The notes beneath the pieces are model-generated. The model was not told the origin of the DNA and ran no database searches. It worked only from the letters and a program-made list of their open reading frames with translations. Position numbers and translations under genes: made by a program. From IMG/VR virus record IMGVR_UViG_2927661242_000003: a stretch of 64,000 bases of DNA. One strand, 5' to 3'. The stretch comes from an uncultured virus (IMG/VR IMGVR_UViG_2927661242_000003) (lineage: Duplodnaviria > Heunggongvirae > Uroviricota > Caudoviricetes). Shown piece by piece: positions 1 to 9,758 of the stretch. Numbering within the stretch: the first letter of the stretch is position 1; each line of letters begins with the position of its first letter.

Positions 1-269
1 AACTTCTCCAGTAGTTCTCATTCCGAGCGTACATGCTCATTTTTCAAACAAAGCCGTGCGCATTCGGCAATCCTGAAACGGCCAAATAAGGCGAACTTCA
101 TATAAATCCCCAAGTACCCGAGGCCATAAGCCAATGTCCTGCATCGCTGATGCGATAGCACTTTTACTGGCTGTCACTGGCCGTCACCTTGTCACTCCTC
201 CCTTCCACCTGGATGCAACCCAACCCGGCCGGCTCCAGTGGAGCCGGAGAGTTGATCGACAACCTGCTC

Positions 270-788
270 TCAGGGCTGCAGCAACATCTCCGTAGTGCTG
301 CGCAGCACAGCCTGGGATTCGCGCACCCACCGCTGCAACGCCTTCAATTGCTCGGCATTGGCGTGGCATTCGCTGTAGTTGTCGACGACGCTGGCGGCGA
401 CGGTAGAGAGTGCAAGGCCCGAGGCGGCGCCATCAGTGACGCTGGGGCCTCCGGCCACGGGCAGGTTGGCGGCGCCGGCGTCGTGCACCCGGACAAAACC
501 AGCAGGCACAACGCAGGCTCTATCAGCCGCTTTCGAGACATAGACAGGAACCTCCTTGGTGATGGTGGCGCCCGTCTGATAGACCTTGACGATACGGTCG
601 ACGTACTCGACCACCACCTTTTCCCTGACCGTGCCCAGGGCCCGGCCTTGTTCAAAGGATTGTTTGAGACGAGCCTCATCGAGGCGTTGGTTGTTACTGC
701 GCTCACTGCCGGCACCGCTGACGTAGCCGAGTGCATAAAGCAACCCGGCCGCCACAGCGATGGCCAGCCAGCCACGGATATTCATCAA
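270..788 (-). CDS. Rz-like inner-membrane spanin
   Basis: N-terminal TM helix followed by a helical periplasmic region; directly downstream of the endolysin. Confidence 0.8.
   Translation of the reverse strand: MMNIRGWLAIAVAAGLLYALGYVSGAGSERSNNQRLDEARLKQSFEQGRALGTVREKVVVEYVDRIVKVYQTGATITKEVPVYVSKAADRACVVPAGFVRVHDAGAANLPVAGGPSVTDGAASGLALSTVAASVVDNYSECHANAEQLKALQRWVRESQAVLRSTTEMLLQP
344..541 (-). CDS. Rz1-like outer-membrane spanin lipoprotein nested in Rz
   Basis: Alternative frame reads MSRKRLIEPALCLLVLSGC, a lipobox, followed by a Pro-rich 46-aa tail. Confidence 0.75.
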   Translation of the reverse strand: MSRKRLIEPALCLLVLSGCTTPAPPTCPWPEAPASLMAPPRALHSLPSPPASSTTTANATPMPSN

Positions 789-837
789 GCCCTCCTGAGG
801 CGGGCAGGAAATGAATCACCCAGCCTGCCAAAAAAAC

Positions 838-880
838 CTGTAGCCGCTGCCGCAGGCTGCGAAAAGGTCCGCAGGACCTT
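838..880. repeat. REP-like palindromic element
   Basis: GTAGCCGCTGCCGCAGGCTGC plus hairpin AAGGTCCGCAGGACCTT in the endolysin-Rz gap; GTAG start is typical of Pseudomonas REPs. Confidence 0.5.
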
Positions 881-893
881 CAGACGGCAGCCC

Positions 894-1457
894 TCACACC
901 ACCGGCAAACACAGCACCGCCCGCGCCCTGGCCCAGAGTTGCAGGCGCTCCTGCAAGCCATTCAGGCCACCATTGATCCGCCGGGTAATGCTGTTGAACT
1001 CATCGCGGTCAGCCAGCGCATTGAGCCCACCGCGCTCCCAGAACCAGGCCGCCGACTCGGCGGCCCATTGCGGCTGCTCCAGCAGCTGCGGCAACTCCAG
1101 CAGACGCTCATCGCCAAACAGCCCGAGGCTGCACTGGCGATAGTTGCTGCGCCCGGTGATCTGGATCAGCCCACGCCCGCGATACCGCTGACCGTCGCCG
1201 TCGGCCTCTGGGGTGTTGCCCAGGCGTGCGGCGAGAGAGCCCGTGTCGTACTTGCTCAGGTATTGATCACTGCCCAATTCGCGTACGTATTGCAGCTGCC
1301 CGGATTCGTGTCCGATCTGAGCAAGAAAAGCCGCCTGGCGCTTCGGCGTATCGATCTGCCGCTTGGCCATGGCGGTGTTGAGTGGAGAAACAAAAACGCC
1401 CGCTTGGCGGCGGGCGTTAGGCATGATTTGCAGCAGTTGTTCTTCGGTTATTGGCAT
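894..1457 (-). CDS. Glycoside hydrolase family 19 endolysin (tailocin lytic enzyme)
   Basis: AAFLAQIGHESG, YRGRGLIQITG and ITRRINGG motifs. Confidence 0.93.
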   Translation of the reverse strand: MPITEEQLLQIMPNARRQAGVFVSPLNTAMAKRQIDTPKRQAAFLAQIGHESGQLQYVRELGSDQYLSKYDTGSLAARLGNTPEADGDGQRYRGRGLIQITGRSNYRQCSLGLFGDERLLELPQLLEQPQWAAESAAWFWERGGLNALADRDEFNSITRRINGGLNGLQERLQLWARARAVLCLPVV

Positions 1458-1481
1458 GGTCAGTGTTTGCAGGTCGGATAA

Positions 1482-1510
1482 GAAAACGCCCCGGCGGTAC
1501 GGGGCGTTTA
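1482..1510 (-). terminator. Intrinsic terminator after the fibre chaperone
   Basis: AAACGCCCCG/CGGGGCGTTT stem; near-identical copy at 20941-20969. Confidence 0.7.
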
Positions 1511-1885
1511 TTCAGTTTGTTCAGTAACCCAGGATGGCGCGACAGGGCGGTACTGAGAGTCGGGGAAGTGCGGCGATTGCGGCCAGTCACGCAAGGCCTG
1601 CATGTACACAAGCAGTTGCTTGAACTGTGCACTGGCAAGCGTTGTAGGTACTTCGATCTCCAACTGATCGCGGTGCCGCTCACGCAACCACCTCACCGAA
1701 TCCAGTGCTGAATCACGCCAGACACGCTCTCCTACCGATACAGGTGACGGCGCCGTCGCACTTTCTATGTGGAGCCGAACTTCCTCTTCGGACATCGGGA
1801 TCAACTGGCTGGATATGAAATGCGCGGGGGCATCGTCATCGTAAGCATGGACACGGTTTGTCTCGGGATTATGAAAATACTTCAT
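1508..1885 (-). CDS. Tail fibre assembly chaperone (Mu-like module)
   Basis: C-terminal WRD...RHRDQ...YMQALRDWPQ motif; ATG overlaps the fibre stop codon. Confidence 0.85.
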   Translation of the reverse strand: MKYFHNPETNRVHAYDDDAPAHFISSQLIPMSEEEVRLHIESATAPSPVSVGERVWRDSALDSVRWLRERHRDQLEIEVPTTLASAQFKQLLVYMQALRDWPQSPHFPDSQYRPVAPSWVTEQTE

Positions 1886-2979
1886 GCACGTAACTCCGAC
1901 CAAACTGGATTGACTGGACTACCAAAAGTTACTGAGTAAGTTGCTCCGACCGGCACCACGAACGATGCGTGATAGGCAGAAGTTGCCACGGCCACACCAC
2001 CGCAAGTTGCAGTAACCGCACCGGTCGTAATAGATGCCTGAACTTGAATCGGGCGCCCCGTAGTATTGGTGTAGACAGTGCCTGAAACGCGACTGGCCGT
2101 AACATTCTGCCAGGCCTGTCCATCACCCAAGCCCCGAGGTCGGGTCTCTAACGCTGAAACGTTCGCAGCCAGACCGGAAATGTCGATATTCCCCTGGTTG
2201 ATGGGAGCGTTCCAGGCCTTAATGCACCACATAACCGCCAGGTTGCGAGGGCGGGTTTCAATTCCGCCTGTTGGATTGGTTTTTAGATTTTCGTCGTCGG
2301 TGACTCCATTTCCAGTATCACCATAAACCCAAGAATCAAACACATTTCCAGCACTCGAGCTGTCCTTCACTGAGTGTGTATGACTCTTGAACTCATCGGC
2401 CTGCCAGCTGCCTACCGCCCGCCCAGCATCCACCCCCCGCCCATGATCCCAACCCCGCAAAAACTCGCCTCGCGACTCAGGCAAGCGGAAGTTACCCGCC
2501 CCCTCACCCCCGGTATTGAACATAGTCCCCAGATAAGCCGCCAGATCCGGATAGGTCGCAGCACTCTGCACACTGCCATCCACCTCCAGGAATCCGGCCG
2601 GCACCGTGCCCTTGGGAAACGGCACCATCGCCCCCACCGGCAAGGCCGACATGTTCTTCAACAGCGCCTCGATCTCCGCCTTGGTATAGGTCACCGACTT
2701 GGTATAGGCATCGGTGATCCCGTAATCGGCCAGGGTGGTGCGGATCTTCTCCGGTGGGATCGAATCACGCACGATCGCCTTGATCGCCGCCAGCAACTGG
2801 TCATGCTCGGCCTCGGCCGGCTCTTCCCCTCCTGCACGAATCACGTTGAGCAATTCGTCGGTCACTGCATTACCCCAATCGGAAGAAATCATTGAGCCGA
2901 CTTGGCCCGTGACGGGGTTCTCATCGACAAACTTTCCGTTCAACAGCCCTACGCTGGGAACACTTTTCGGATAGTCCAC
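1882..2979 (-). CDS. Tail fibre protein (Mu-like module) with collar domain
   Basis: MDYPKSVPSVGL N-terminus; collar motifs PVGAMVPF, FRLPESRGEFLRGWDHGRGVD and ETRPRNLA; lower-GC variable C-terminus. Confidence 0.9.
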   Translation of the reverse strand: MDYPKSVPSVGLLNGKFVDENPVTGQVGSMISSDWGNAVTDELLNVIRAGGEEPAEAEHDQLLAAIKAIVRDSIPPEKIRTTLADYGITDAYTKSVTYTKAEIEALLKNMSALPVGAMVPFPKGTVPAGFLEVDGSVQSAATYPDLAAYLGTMFNTGGEGAGNFRLPESRGEFLRGWDHGRGVDAGRAVGSWQADEFKSHTHSVKDSSSAGNVFDSWVYGDTGNGVTDDENLKTNPTGGIETRPRNLAVMWCIKAWNAPINQGNIDISGLAANVSALETRPRGLGDGQAWQNVTASRVSGTVYTNTTGRPIQVQASITTGAVTATCGGVAVATSAYHASFVVPVGATYSVTFGSPVNPVWSELRA

Positions 2980-2994
2980 GTATTCCTGTCCTCT

Positions 2995-3594
2995 CTAGTC
3001 ATAGTTGATGTACACCTGTGTATGAGCCGGCGTACTGCGATGGACAAGGCACTCCAGGGCGCTGCCCGGGTTCATGCCAAAACGTTCGCCCCAATAGCTG
3101 GCGCCGAAGCGCCGGCCCAGTTGCAGGCGGCCGCCGGTATTGAGGGTCCACATGAAGTTCGCCCGCCAGGTGCCGAAATGCGCGTGACCAAAGCGTGAGC
3201 GGCCCATGCGCGGGGTACTCAGCTCAGTGACGCTGGCATTGGGATAGCCCTGGCTGCGGGCGATTTCGACGAAGTAGGCGGCGCGCTGGCTGCCCACTGC
3301 CAACAGACGCCGGCGCACGGCCAGGCGCCGGTCTTCGAACAGCGGGGTCAGCCCCAGGCAGGGGTCGGGCAGGTCCATGACCTTTTCCCAATCCGCCACC
3401 AGTTCGCTGACGCTGGCCGGGTCCATTTCGTTTTGCAGGTCCACGGCCCGGGCGTCGATGCGCGCCAGCTCCTGGGAGATGCCCTGCAACACCCGTTCAA
3501 GCTCCGGCACCCGTTCCGGGTCCCAGGCCGGGCCGCTGGGCAGCAGGCTGCGCAGCTGGCCCTGGTACTGGGTGGCGCTTCTTATTGCAGCCAT
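2995..3594 (-). CDS. Baseplate protein, Mu gp48/YmfQ-like
   Basis: LLPSGPAW and LECLVHRSTPAHT motifs; located between the J-like gene and the fibre. Confidence 0.85.
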   Translation of the reverse strand: MAAIRSATQYQGQLRSLLPSGPAWDPERVPELERVLQGISQELARIDARAVDLQNEMDPASVSELVADWEKVMDLPDPCLGLTPLFEDRRLAVRRRLLAVGSQRAAYFVEIARSQGYPNASVTELSTPRMGRSRFGHAHFGTWRANFMWTLNTGGRLQLGRRFGASYWGERFGMNPGSALECLVHRSTPAHTQVYINYD

Positions 3595-4622
3595 TGGCAA
3601 CCTCCGAATACCAGCAACTGATTATTCGCCGCCGGCACATCGGCCAAGGGCGCCAACAGTTGGTGATCCTGCTCGCCGGTGGCGCTGCTGATGGCTTCGC
3701 GGATATGGCTGAGCAACAGGGTCTGGCCCAGGCCGGCCTCGCGGCTGTGTAGGTCGCGCAACTGGCTCTCGACGGCGGCGCGCACCGCGCTGGTGTCGGG
3801 GGTCAGGCGCAACGTGTAGGTCACCGGCAGCATCACCGGGGCCAGCACATGCACCTCGGCGGTGACCGGGCGCAGCGGCTCGATATAGGCCTGGACCTGC
3901 GCCAGTTGCTCGGCGTTGGGAATCGGCTGCAGGTCGTCGTCACGCATGACGAACAAGCCCACGGTGCCCGGCCCCAGGTAATTGCGCCGGCACCAGGCAC
4001 GGGTGATGCCCGGGCACTCCATGGCCCAGGTTTCGTAGTCGTCCGCCGAGCCGCCATGGGGAATGATCCGATAGGAACGGATCACCCGCGAGCGCAGGGA
4101 TTCGAGGCTTTCCCGGGCCACGCCACCGCTCAGGCCCGGGGCCAGGACGGTGAACGAGTTGCTGATGCCCTGCACCGGCTGCACCGCGGTCAGCTCCAGG
4201 CCGGCATCGGCATTGCCCAGGGTACCGCCGTCGACGGCCTGGATCGTGGTGCTGTTGAGGCCTGCGCTGGTGGTGCGCGCGGCGGTCACTGTGTAGCTGC
4301 GACCGTCGCTGCTTTGCAACAGGATGCCGAGATCCAGCACGGCACCGGCTGCCGCGGTGAAACTGACGCTGCCACTGGCCGCCTGGGCGGTCTTGCGCGG
4401 CTGGTTCAGGCGCAGCGCGGCGATGCGCTCCAGGGTCGACTCATCGGCCTTGTCCGGAAGGATCTGCTCGGCGATCCAATCCAGGTAGCCATACAGGCCA
4501 AAGGCGGCGCCGCTCAGGGTGCGGGCCAGCACTTGGGCATCGGACTGGCGCAGCGAATCGCTGGCCAGGTCGCTTTGGGTGCGCTGAATCAGCACCGGCA
4601 GCGAAGGGGTTTCAAACGGCAT
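3582..4622 (-). CDS. Baseplate J-like protein, Mu gp47-like
   Basis: PHGGSADDYETWA motif; synteny. Confidence 0.9.
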   Translation of the reverse strand: MPFETPSLPVLIQRTQSDLASDSLRQSDAQVLARTLSGAAFGLYGYLDWIAEQILPDKADESTLERIAALRLNQPRKTAQAASGSVSFTAAAGAVLDLGILLQSSDGRSYTVTAARTTSAGLNSTTIQAVDGGTLGNADAGLELTAVQPVQGISNSFTVLAPGLSGGVARESLESLRSRVIRSYRIIPHGGSADDYETWAMECPGITRAWCRRNYLGPGTVGLFVMRDDDLQPIPNAEQLAQVQAYIEPLRPVTAEVHVLAPVMLPVTYTLRLTPDTSAVRAAVESQLRDLHSREAGLGQTLLLSHIREAISSATGEQDHQLLAPLADVPAANNQLLVFGGCQWLQ

Positions 4623-5010
4623 AGGTCACCTGCCAACTGTGAATGGGGTTGAGGTCCAGACGTTCGCCGTCGGCCAGGATCAGCACCGTGCGCAGGTTCA
4701 GGCGCTGGGCATCGAGGCGTTCGCTGAGGATCTCGACAGCGTTGCAATGACCATCGTCGATCAGCCACTGCAGGGCCTCGCGGGCATAGAACTCGGCATC
4801 GAGCTGGGTCTGCCGGCTCAGCTTGACCCGGCGCAACAGCCACAGCCGCGAGCCGATACGGTCGTCGGCCACGCTGGGAAAACTGTCGCCCCACCAGCCG
4901 TAGCGCTGGTCGTCATCCAGGGCGTCGTCATCGGCGGCGCGGCGCCAGGTGAACAGGCTGATTTCCACAGCCCGGGTCAGGGCGTTCTTCAGGTCATAAG
5001 TGGCGAACAT
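4612..5010 (-). CDS. Baseplate protein, Mu gp46-like
   Basis: SLFTWRRA, GWWGD, GSRLWLL and EALQWLIDDG motifs. Confidence 0.9.
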   Translation of the reverse strand: MFATYDLKNALTRAVEISLFTWRRAADDDALDDDQRYGWWGDSFPSVADDRIGSRLWLLRRVKLSRQTQLDAEFYAREALQWLIDDGHCNAVEILSERLDAQRLNLRTVLILADGERLDLNPIHSWQVTYAV

Positions 5011-5012
5011 GC

Positions 5013-5519
5013 TTAACCTCCCACCGGCGCGCCGGTCTGCCCCGGGCCGGGTTGCACGCCGCTGTGGACGTGGTTGATCTGGCTGATGCCGGCGGCGACC
5101 TGATCGCCCTGGGAGACGATCTTGCCGCTCATGCTCAGGGTCGGGCTGTCGATGATGACGCCGCTGCTGGCGCGGATATTCAAGGTGGCGGTGTCGATGT
5201 CGATGACCCGCCCGCGCTTGAAGTGAATCTTGTCGCCCTCGTCGGTGTAGATCGCCACTTCACCGGCGGCCAGGGCCTTGAGGCGATAGCGCCGGTCGGC
5301 CACCACCAGCACCACTCCATGGGAGCGATCGCCGCCGAGGAAGGTGGCGATGCCCTCGGCGCCGGCCAGGGGGTTGCTGGTAAAACCGTAAGGCTCGAAA
5401 TGCTCCATGTCGTCGTTGACCTCGCCGGCGGTGAGGCGCATTTGCAGCGATTGCAATTTGTTGGCCGAATGGGCGAGCACCACGGTGCCCCGCGCCAACA
5501 GGCGTGTCAGTAGGCTCAT
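5013..5519 (-). CDS. Baseplate spike, Mu gp45-like
   Basis: EPYGFTS motif; C-terminal HVHSGV iron-binding tip; start refined to MSLLTRL. Confidence 0.9.
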   Translation of the reverse strand: MSLLTRLLARGTVVLAHSANKLQSLQMRLTAGEVNDDMEHFEPYGFTSNPLAGAEGIATFLGGDRSHGVVLVVADRRYRLKALAAGEVAIYTDEGDKIHFKRGRVIDIDTATLNIRASSGVIIDSPTLSMSGKIVSQGDQVAAGISQINHVHSGVQPGPGQTGAPVGG

Positions 5520-5541
5520 GCTGGGTTCCTTGGGGGGAGAA

Positions 5542-5609
5542 GAGCCGGCTTGCCGGCGAACAGGGATTGCGCGGTTTCGTGCCGGGTGCCTTCGCCGGCC
5601 AGCCGGCTC
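5542..5609. repeat. Degenerate REP doublet (REPIN-like inverted pair)
   Basis: GAGCCGGCTTGCCGGCGAA ... TTCGCCGGCCAGCCGGCTC inverted repeat in an intergenic gap. Confidence 0.65.
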
Positions 5610-5628
5610 CTGCGGTTGGGCGCAGGTT

Positions 5629-6669
5629 TCAGTTTTTTTCGGGTGTCGGGTTGGCATCGAAGGTCTGCGGCGGCGCCACCTGCAAGGTGGTGATGGAGCC
5701 CTGGTCGGACAGCGACCAGGTGACCTTGGAGATCAGCATGTCCTGGTCGAAACCCAGCACCGGGTCGATGACCCGCACCAACGTGTTGTGTCGCCACAAA
5801 TCACCATTGCTCTGGCGCCAGCCCTGCACCTGATAGGTGGTGGTCAGCGCCTTGCCGGTGCGGGTGCCGCACTCCCAGTCAGCCCGCTGCTGAGCCAGTT
5901 CCGCACTCAGTTGCGCCGCCTCGTTGATCACCGTCACCCGTTTGCGCGAAGCCCGGGCATCGCTGGCCTGGCCGGACACCTCGCAGACCGCGACACCGCT
6001 GCTCTGGTCGCTGCCCTTGTGCTGGCCGATCACCCGGTACTCGGAAAACACCGCGGAAAAATCCATCGCTGCATTGGCCGAAAGAATGTTCTTGCCCAGC
6101 TCCAGGGCATCGCTGGCGCGCCCGCCGCTGCCCGGTGCCGCCAGCAGCAGGTAGCCGTCGGCGTCATCGGTGGAGAACACCCGGTACAAGGTCAACAAGC
6201 GGTCGATGGAGGCAAACACCGTCTCCCCCGGCACGATGCTGTGGGTGTGCAACTTGCTGGTGGGTGCAATCTCGCTGCGCACTCCCACCCCGTAAGAGCC
6301 GGCCAGGGCGCGGACGATGCTCAGCACATCCTGCTGGCGCCACTGGCTCGGCCGGTTGATGGCCGCGCAATCCACCAGATCCTGGGTCAGGGAGCTGCCC
6401 TGGATGCTCAGGCTGATCTGCCTGCCGTCATAACTGACCGGCGCCTTGTAGACATGCCCGGTGAGCACCAGGTCGCAGCCGATGCGCACCTGGCAGCGAG
6501 CGCCCGGGCGGATCCGCACCTGCCCATCCTGCCCCGGCCATTGCCAGGTGATGTTGAGGCTGAAGGTGCGGAACTGGCGCTCCAGGTCTGCCGTGATCTC
6601 CACGCTTTTCCAGCCGCTGTAGTCCAGCCCGTCCACCGTCAGGGTGACGATATTTGCCAGTTCGTCCAT
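5629..6669 (-). CDS. Baseplate hub protein, Mu gp44 (gpP)-like
   Basis: YSGWKSVEI, DLVDC and GWRQSNGDLWRHN motifs; synteny. Confidence 0.88.
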   Translation of the reverse strand: MDELANIVTLTVDGLDYSGWKSVEITADLERQFRTFSLNITWQWPGQDGQVRIRPGARCQVRIGCDLVLTGHVYKAPVSYDGRQISLSIQGSSLTQDLVDCAAINRPSQWRQQDVLSIVRALAGSYGVGVRSEIAPTSKLHTHSIVPGETVFASIDRLLTLYRVFSTDDADGYLLLAAPGSGGRASDALELGKNILSANAAMDFSAVFSEYRVIGQHKGSDQSSGVAVCEVSGQASDARASRKRVTVINEAAQLSAELAQQRADWECGTRTGKALTTTYQVQGWRQSNGDLWRHNTLVRVIDPVLGFDQDMLISKVTWSLSDQGSITTLQVAPPQTFDANPTPEKN

Positions 6670-6672
6670 GGG

Positions 6673-7917
6673 TCACTCCCGCGCAATCTGCAGATCGGCC
6701 GGCGGCAGGAAGCCCGGATGGGCCACCCGGTTGCGCTGTACCACTTCACCGACCCGCGTCGCATCGGCAAACCGCTCATAAGCCAGGACCAGCGCCGGCA
6801 TGCTGCTTTTGGGGCTGAGACTGACCAGCCGCACCCCCGATGAAGCCACTGCATTGAGGTGGCCCTGCAATTGCTGGCGCAGGGTGTTGAGCGCCTGGTA
6901 ATGCATCGGGTCGGCCTTGAGCGCGGCTTGCCAGATCACTTCGTTGAGCTGGTCACGCAGGGCCAGTACATCGTCGGCCACCGGCACCTCCAGGCGCTGC
7001 ACCGGCTGGCTGGCCTGCTGCGCCAGGGGCGGCGTGCTCTTGAGCTTGACCACCGGGGTGGCCACCGGCAAGGCCGACACCAACCGGGCGATCTGCACCA
7101 GCAACGCATCCTGGACCAGGTTCGCTACCGCCTCGGCCGCCGCGGTGGTGTCCTTGCCGGTGGTCAGCTTGGGCGCATCGATGCGCCTGGCCGCCTCCAC
7201 CTGCTGGGAAATATCGGCGAGCATCTGCCGATAGCCGGTGCGGGCAAAATCCTTGAGTCCGCGTACATCCTCCAGCAACCCCTTGAACTCCGTGCTCAGC
7301 TCCTTGGGTATTTCCTTGACCGCCTTGACCAGGGTGTTGAGGTCGCCATACAACTCGATCAGCGGCTTGAACTCGTGTTCGATGACCGCGTGCACCTCGG
7401 TCAATCCCTTGCGCAGCGCATCCACGCCGATCCGCGCCTGCTTGATCAGGTTGGTGGCGAACTCGAACCGCAGCACCGCCGAGCCCAGCAAGGTATCGCT
7501 GGCCACCAGCACCTGCTGCTGGGTGTTGACCACCGCCGAAGGAAAGCGCAGCGGCTGGTCCGGGTAGAACTTCAGGCTGAAGGTCACCAGGCCACCATCC
7601 TGGCGGCTCTGGGTCATCTCGCACTCGCCGACCTTGACCTGCATCCGTCCAAGCCACGGATGCACCAGCTCGCCGCTGCCCTCCTCCAGGGCCTTGAGCA
7701 GCCTGTCGCGCTGCTCCAGGCAATCGGCGCCGACGATGAAGGCCGTCAGGTCGTGGATTTTCGCCTGCTGTCCCAGCCCCTCGAAGAAGGGCTGGTCACG
7801 CTGCGGGTACTCGTGCAACTGGCCTTTCTGCCCCACCGGGGTTTTCGCCTGGTCGACCCAGAACGGCACGCCGCGAAAGGATGCGGGCAACAAACGATCA
7901 CGCCAGTTATCCGCCAT
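6673..7917 (-). CDS. DNA circularisation protein, Mu gpN-like
   Basis: WRDRLLPASFRGVPF, HEYPQRD, LVHPWLG and C-terminal HPGFLP motifs. Confidence 0.9.
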   Translation of the reverse strand: MADNWRDRLLPASFRGVPFWVDQAKTPVGQKGQLHEYPQRDQPFFEGLGQQAKIHDLTAFIVGADCLEQRDRLLKALEEGSGELVHPWLGRMQVKVGECEMTQSRQDGGLVTFSLKFYPDQPLRFPSAVVNTQQQVLVASDTLLGSAVLRFEFATNLIKQARIGVDALRKGLTEVHAVIEHEFKPLIELYGDLNTLVKAVKEIPKELSTEFKGLLEDVRGLKDFARTGYRQMLADISQQVEAARRIDAPKLTTGKDTTAAAEAVANLVQDALLVQIARLVSALPVATPVVKLKSTPPLAQQASQPVQRLEVPVADDVLALRDQLNEVIWQAALKADPMHYQALNTLRQQLQGHLNAVASSGVRLVSLSPKSSMPALVLAYERFADATRVGEVVQRNRVAHPGFLPPADLQIARE

Positions 7918-9628
7918 TGGAACCTCCTAGGGAAAGTGAGCGATAGCCCAGGGTCGAAGCCACGTTCAGGCCTGGTTGATTGGTCTTGGCCTGTTCGGCA
8001 CGCAGGCCCGCCGGAGCGTTTTCGAAACGCAGGGTCAACCCGCCTTCGAGTTGCGTGCGGTTGTTGGCGGCGTTCTGCTGGATCAGAGCACTGGAGTTCT
8101 GGGTCAGCGAGCTGCCCTGGGTTGCGGCAAAGGGTGATGCCAGCCCGCCTTTACCCTCGGCGTTGATCTGCTTTTGCGCCTCGGTAAAGCCTTCGACCTT
8201 GCCGTTGACAGTGGCAATCAACCCTCCGAAGCCGCCCTCGAACAGCTCCTTGATCGGCACCATCAGCGCTTGAAGCTGGCTCCACAGCCCGGAAAACCAA
8301 TCGGCGATGGGCGCCCAGTTGCTCATGATCAGCTCCATCGGCGACCAGTCGAACAGGGCCTCGATGGCCTTCCTGATCGAGTCGATACCCGGTTGCAGCT
8401 CGGCCCAGATCGAACTGAAAAAGCCCGTAACCGCGCCCCAGTTGTTGTAAAGAACCACCAGCGGAGAGAAATCGAATAGCGTTTGCAGGACTTTCTTGAT
8501 CGCATCGATACCCGGTTGCAGCGCCGCCCAGATCGAGCTGAAGAAGCTGCTGACAGCCCCCCAGTTGTTGTAAAGCAACACGGACGGAGAAAAGTCGAAC
8601 AGCGTCTGGAACACCGTTTTGATCGCCTGGATGCCCGTTTGCAACGCTCCCCAGATCGACGCGAAGAAGCCGGTGACCGCGCCCCAGCTCTTGTTGATCA
8701 TGTCCATCGGCACCCAGTCGAACAGGCCTTTTAGAAAGGCCATCGCCGGTACCGTCAAGGCCTTGAGCGACTCCCAGATGGATGCGAACAGGCCCGTCAA
8801 CCCAGCCCAGTTATCGATGATCAGTCCCAGAGGTGACCAGGAGAACACTTCTTTGAGGAAGCCAACGACCGAAGCCGTCATCGCCTTGATACTTTCCCAG
8901 AGCCCGGCAAAGAACACCGTGATCGCGCCCCAGTTGCCGATCAGCATGCCCAGAGGCGTCCAACTGAACAGAGTTTTCAGCCCCTCCAGCGCCTGCGCTG
9001 CAAGATTCTTTGCGCCCTCCCAGAGGCTGACGAAAAAGGCCGAGATCGGCGTCCAGTTGGCAATGATCACCCCGGCTGCCAGAGCAATGCCCATGGCAAT
9101 CAACATCACCGGGTTGGCCTTGGCCACCGTGCCCATCAGGTCAATCACCTGGGTCGCCCCGGTCACGGCGGTTTGCATCGCCGAGAAGGCAATGGCGCCC
9201 ATCGCCAGCCCCTCAACCAGCTTCGGGTTGTCATCGAGCAGTGTTGCCACGCTGTTGAGCATGGGTTCCAGACCGACCACCAGCGCCCCCACTGCCGGCG
9301 CCAGTGCAGTATCAATGGCCGAGGACACCTTGGCCATCGACTGACTGAATACATTCATGCCTTTGGCCGCATCAGCCGGCGCGCTGGAGTCGGCGACTTC
9401 GGCCAGCTTGCCCTTGAACGCATCGCAGGCCTTGATCCCGTCCAGAAACGGGGTGATCAGGCTGCCGCCCTTGAACAGCCCGCTGATATCCAGCTTGCCC
9501 AGCCCGGTCTGCTCAAGGTTTTTCTTGAACGAGTCGACCTTGCCTTGAAGGGCGACGAGTTTGGGTGACAGTTGGTCTATGCCGGTCAACAGCACCGACT
9601 TCTTCTCTACGGTTTGTGTGTCTGCCAT
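7907..9628 (-). CDS. Tape measure protein (Mu-like module, ~573 aa)
   Basis: Seven ~40-aa Trp/Phe repeats (NWG.V..FF..IW); position after the chaperone. Confidence 0.88.
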   Translation of the reverse strand: MADTQTVEKKSVLLTGIDQLSPKLVALQGKVDSFKKNLEQTGLGKLDISGLFKGGSLITPFLDGIKACDAFKGKLAEVADSSAPADAAKGMNVFSQSMAKVSSAIDTALAPAVGALVVGLEPMLNSVATLLDDNPKLVEGLAMGAIAFSAMQTAVTGATQVIDLMGTVAKANPVMLIAMGIALAAGVIIANWTPISAFFVSLWEGAKNLAAQALEGLKTLFSWTPLGMLIGNWGAITVFFAGLWESIKAMTASVVGFLKEVFSWSPLGLIIDNWAGLTGLFASIWESLKALTVPAMAFLKGLFDWVPMDMINKSWGAVTGFFASIWGALQTGIQAIKTVFQTLFDFSPSVLLYNNWGAVSSFFSSIWAALQPGIDAIKKVLQTLFDFSPLVVLYNNWGAVTGFFSSIWAELQPGIDSIRKAIEALFDWSPMELIMSNWAPIADWFSGLWSQLQALMVPIKELFEGGFGGLIATVNGKVEGFTEAQKQINAEGKGGLASPFAATQGSSLTQNSSALIQQNAANNRTQLEGGLTLRFENAPAGLRAEQAKTNQPGLNVASTLGYRSLSLGGSNGG

Positions 9629-9758
9629 CACTGCACCTGCTGCATCGCATTGATCCGTTGCGCGTGCTCCAGGGATTCGCGGAGCACATCCAGTGGCCTG
9701 GCCATCATCTGTTCGGGGTCAACCTTCCAGAACCAGGCCAGGTCATAGGCGACAGCGA

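Noticed and set aside
1..180. Possible gene start on the minus strand at 40 (MSMYARNENYWRS)
   Set aside because: Too short to assign; it does not resemble the expected cinA start
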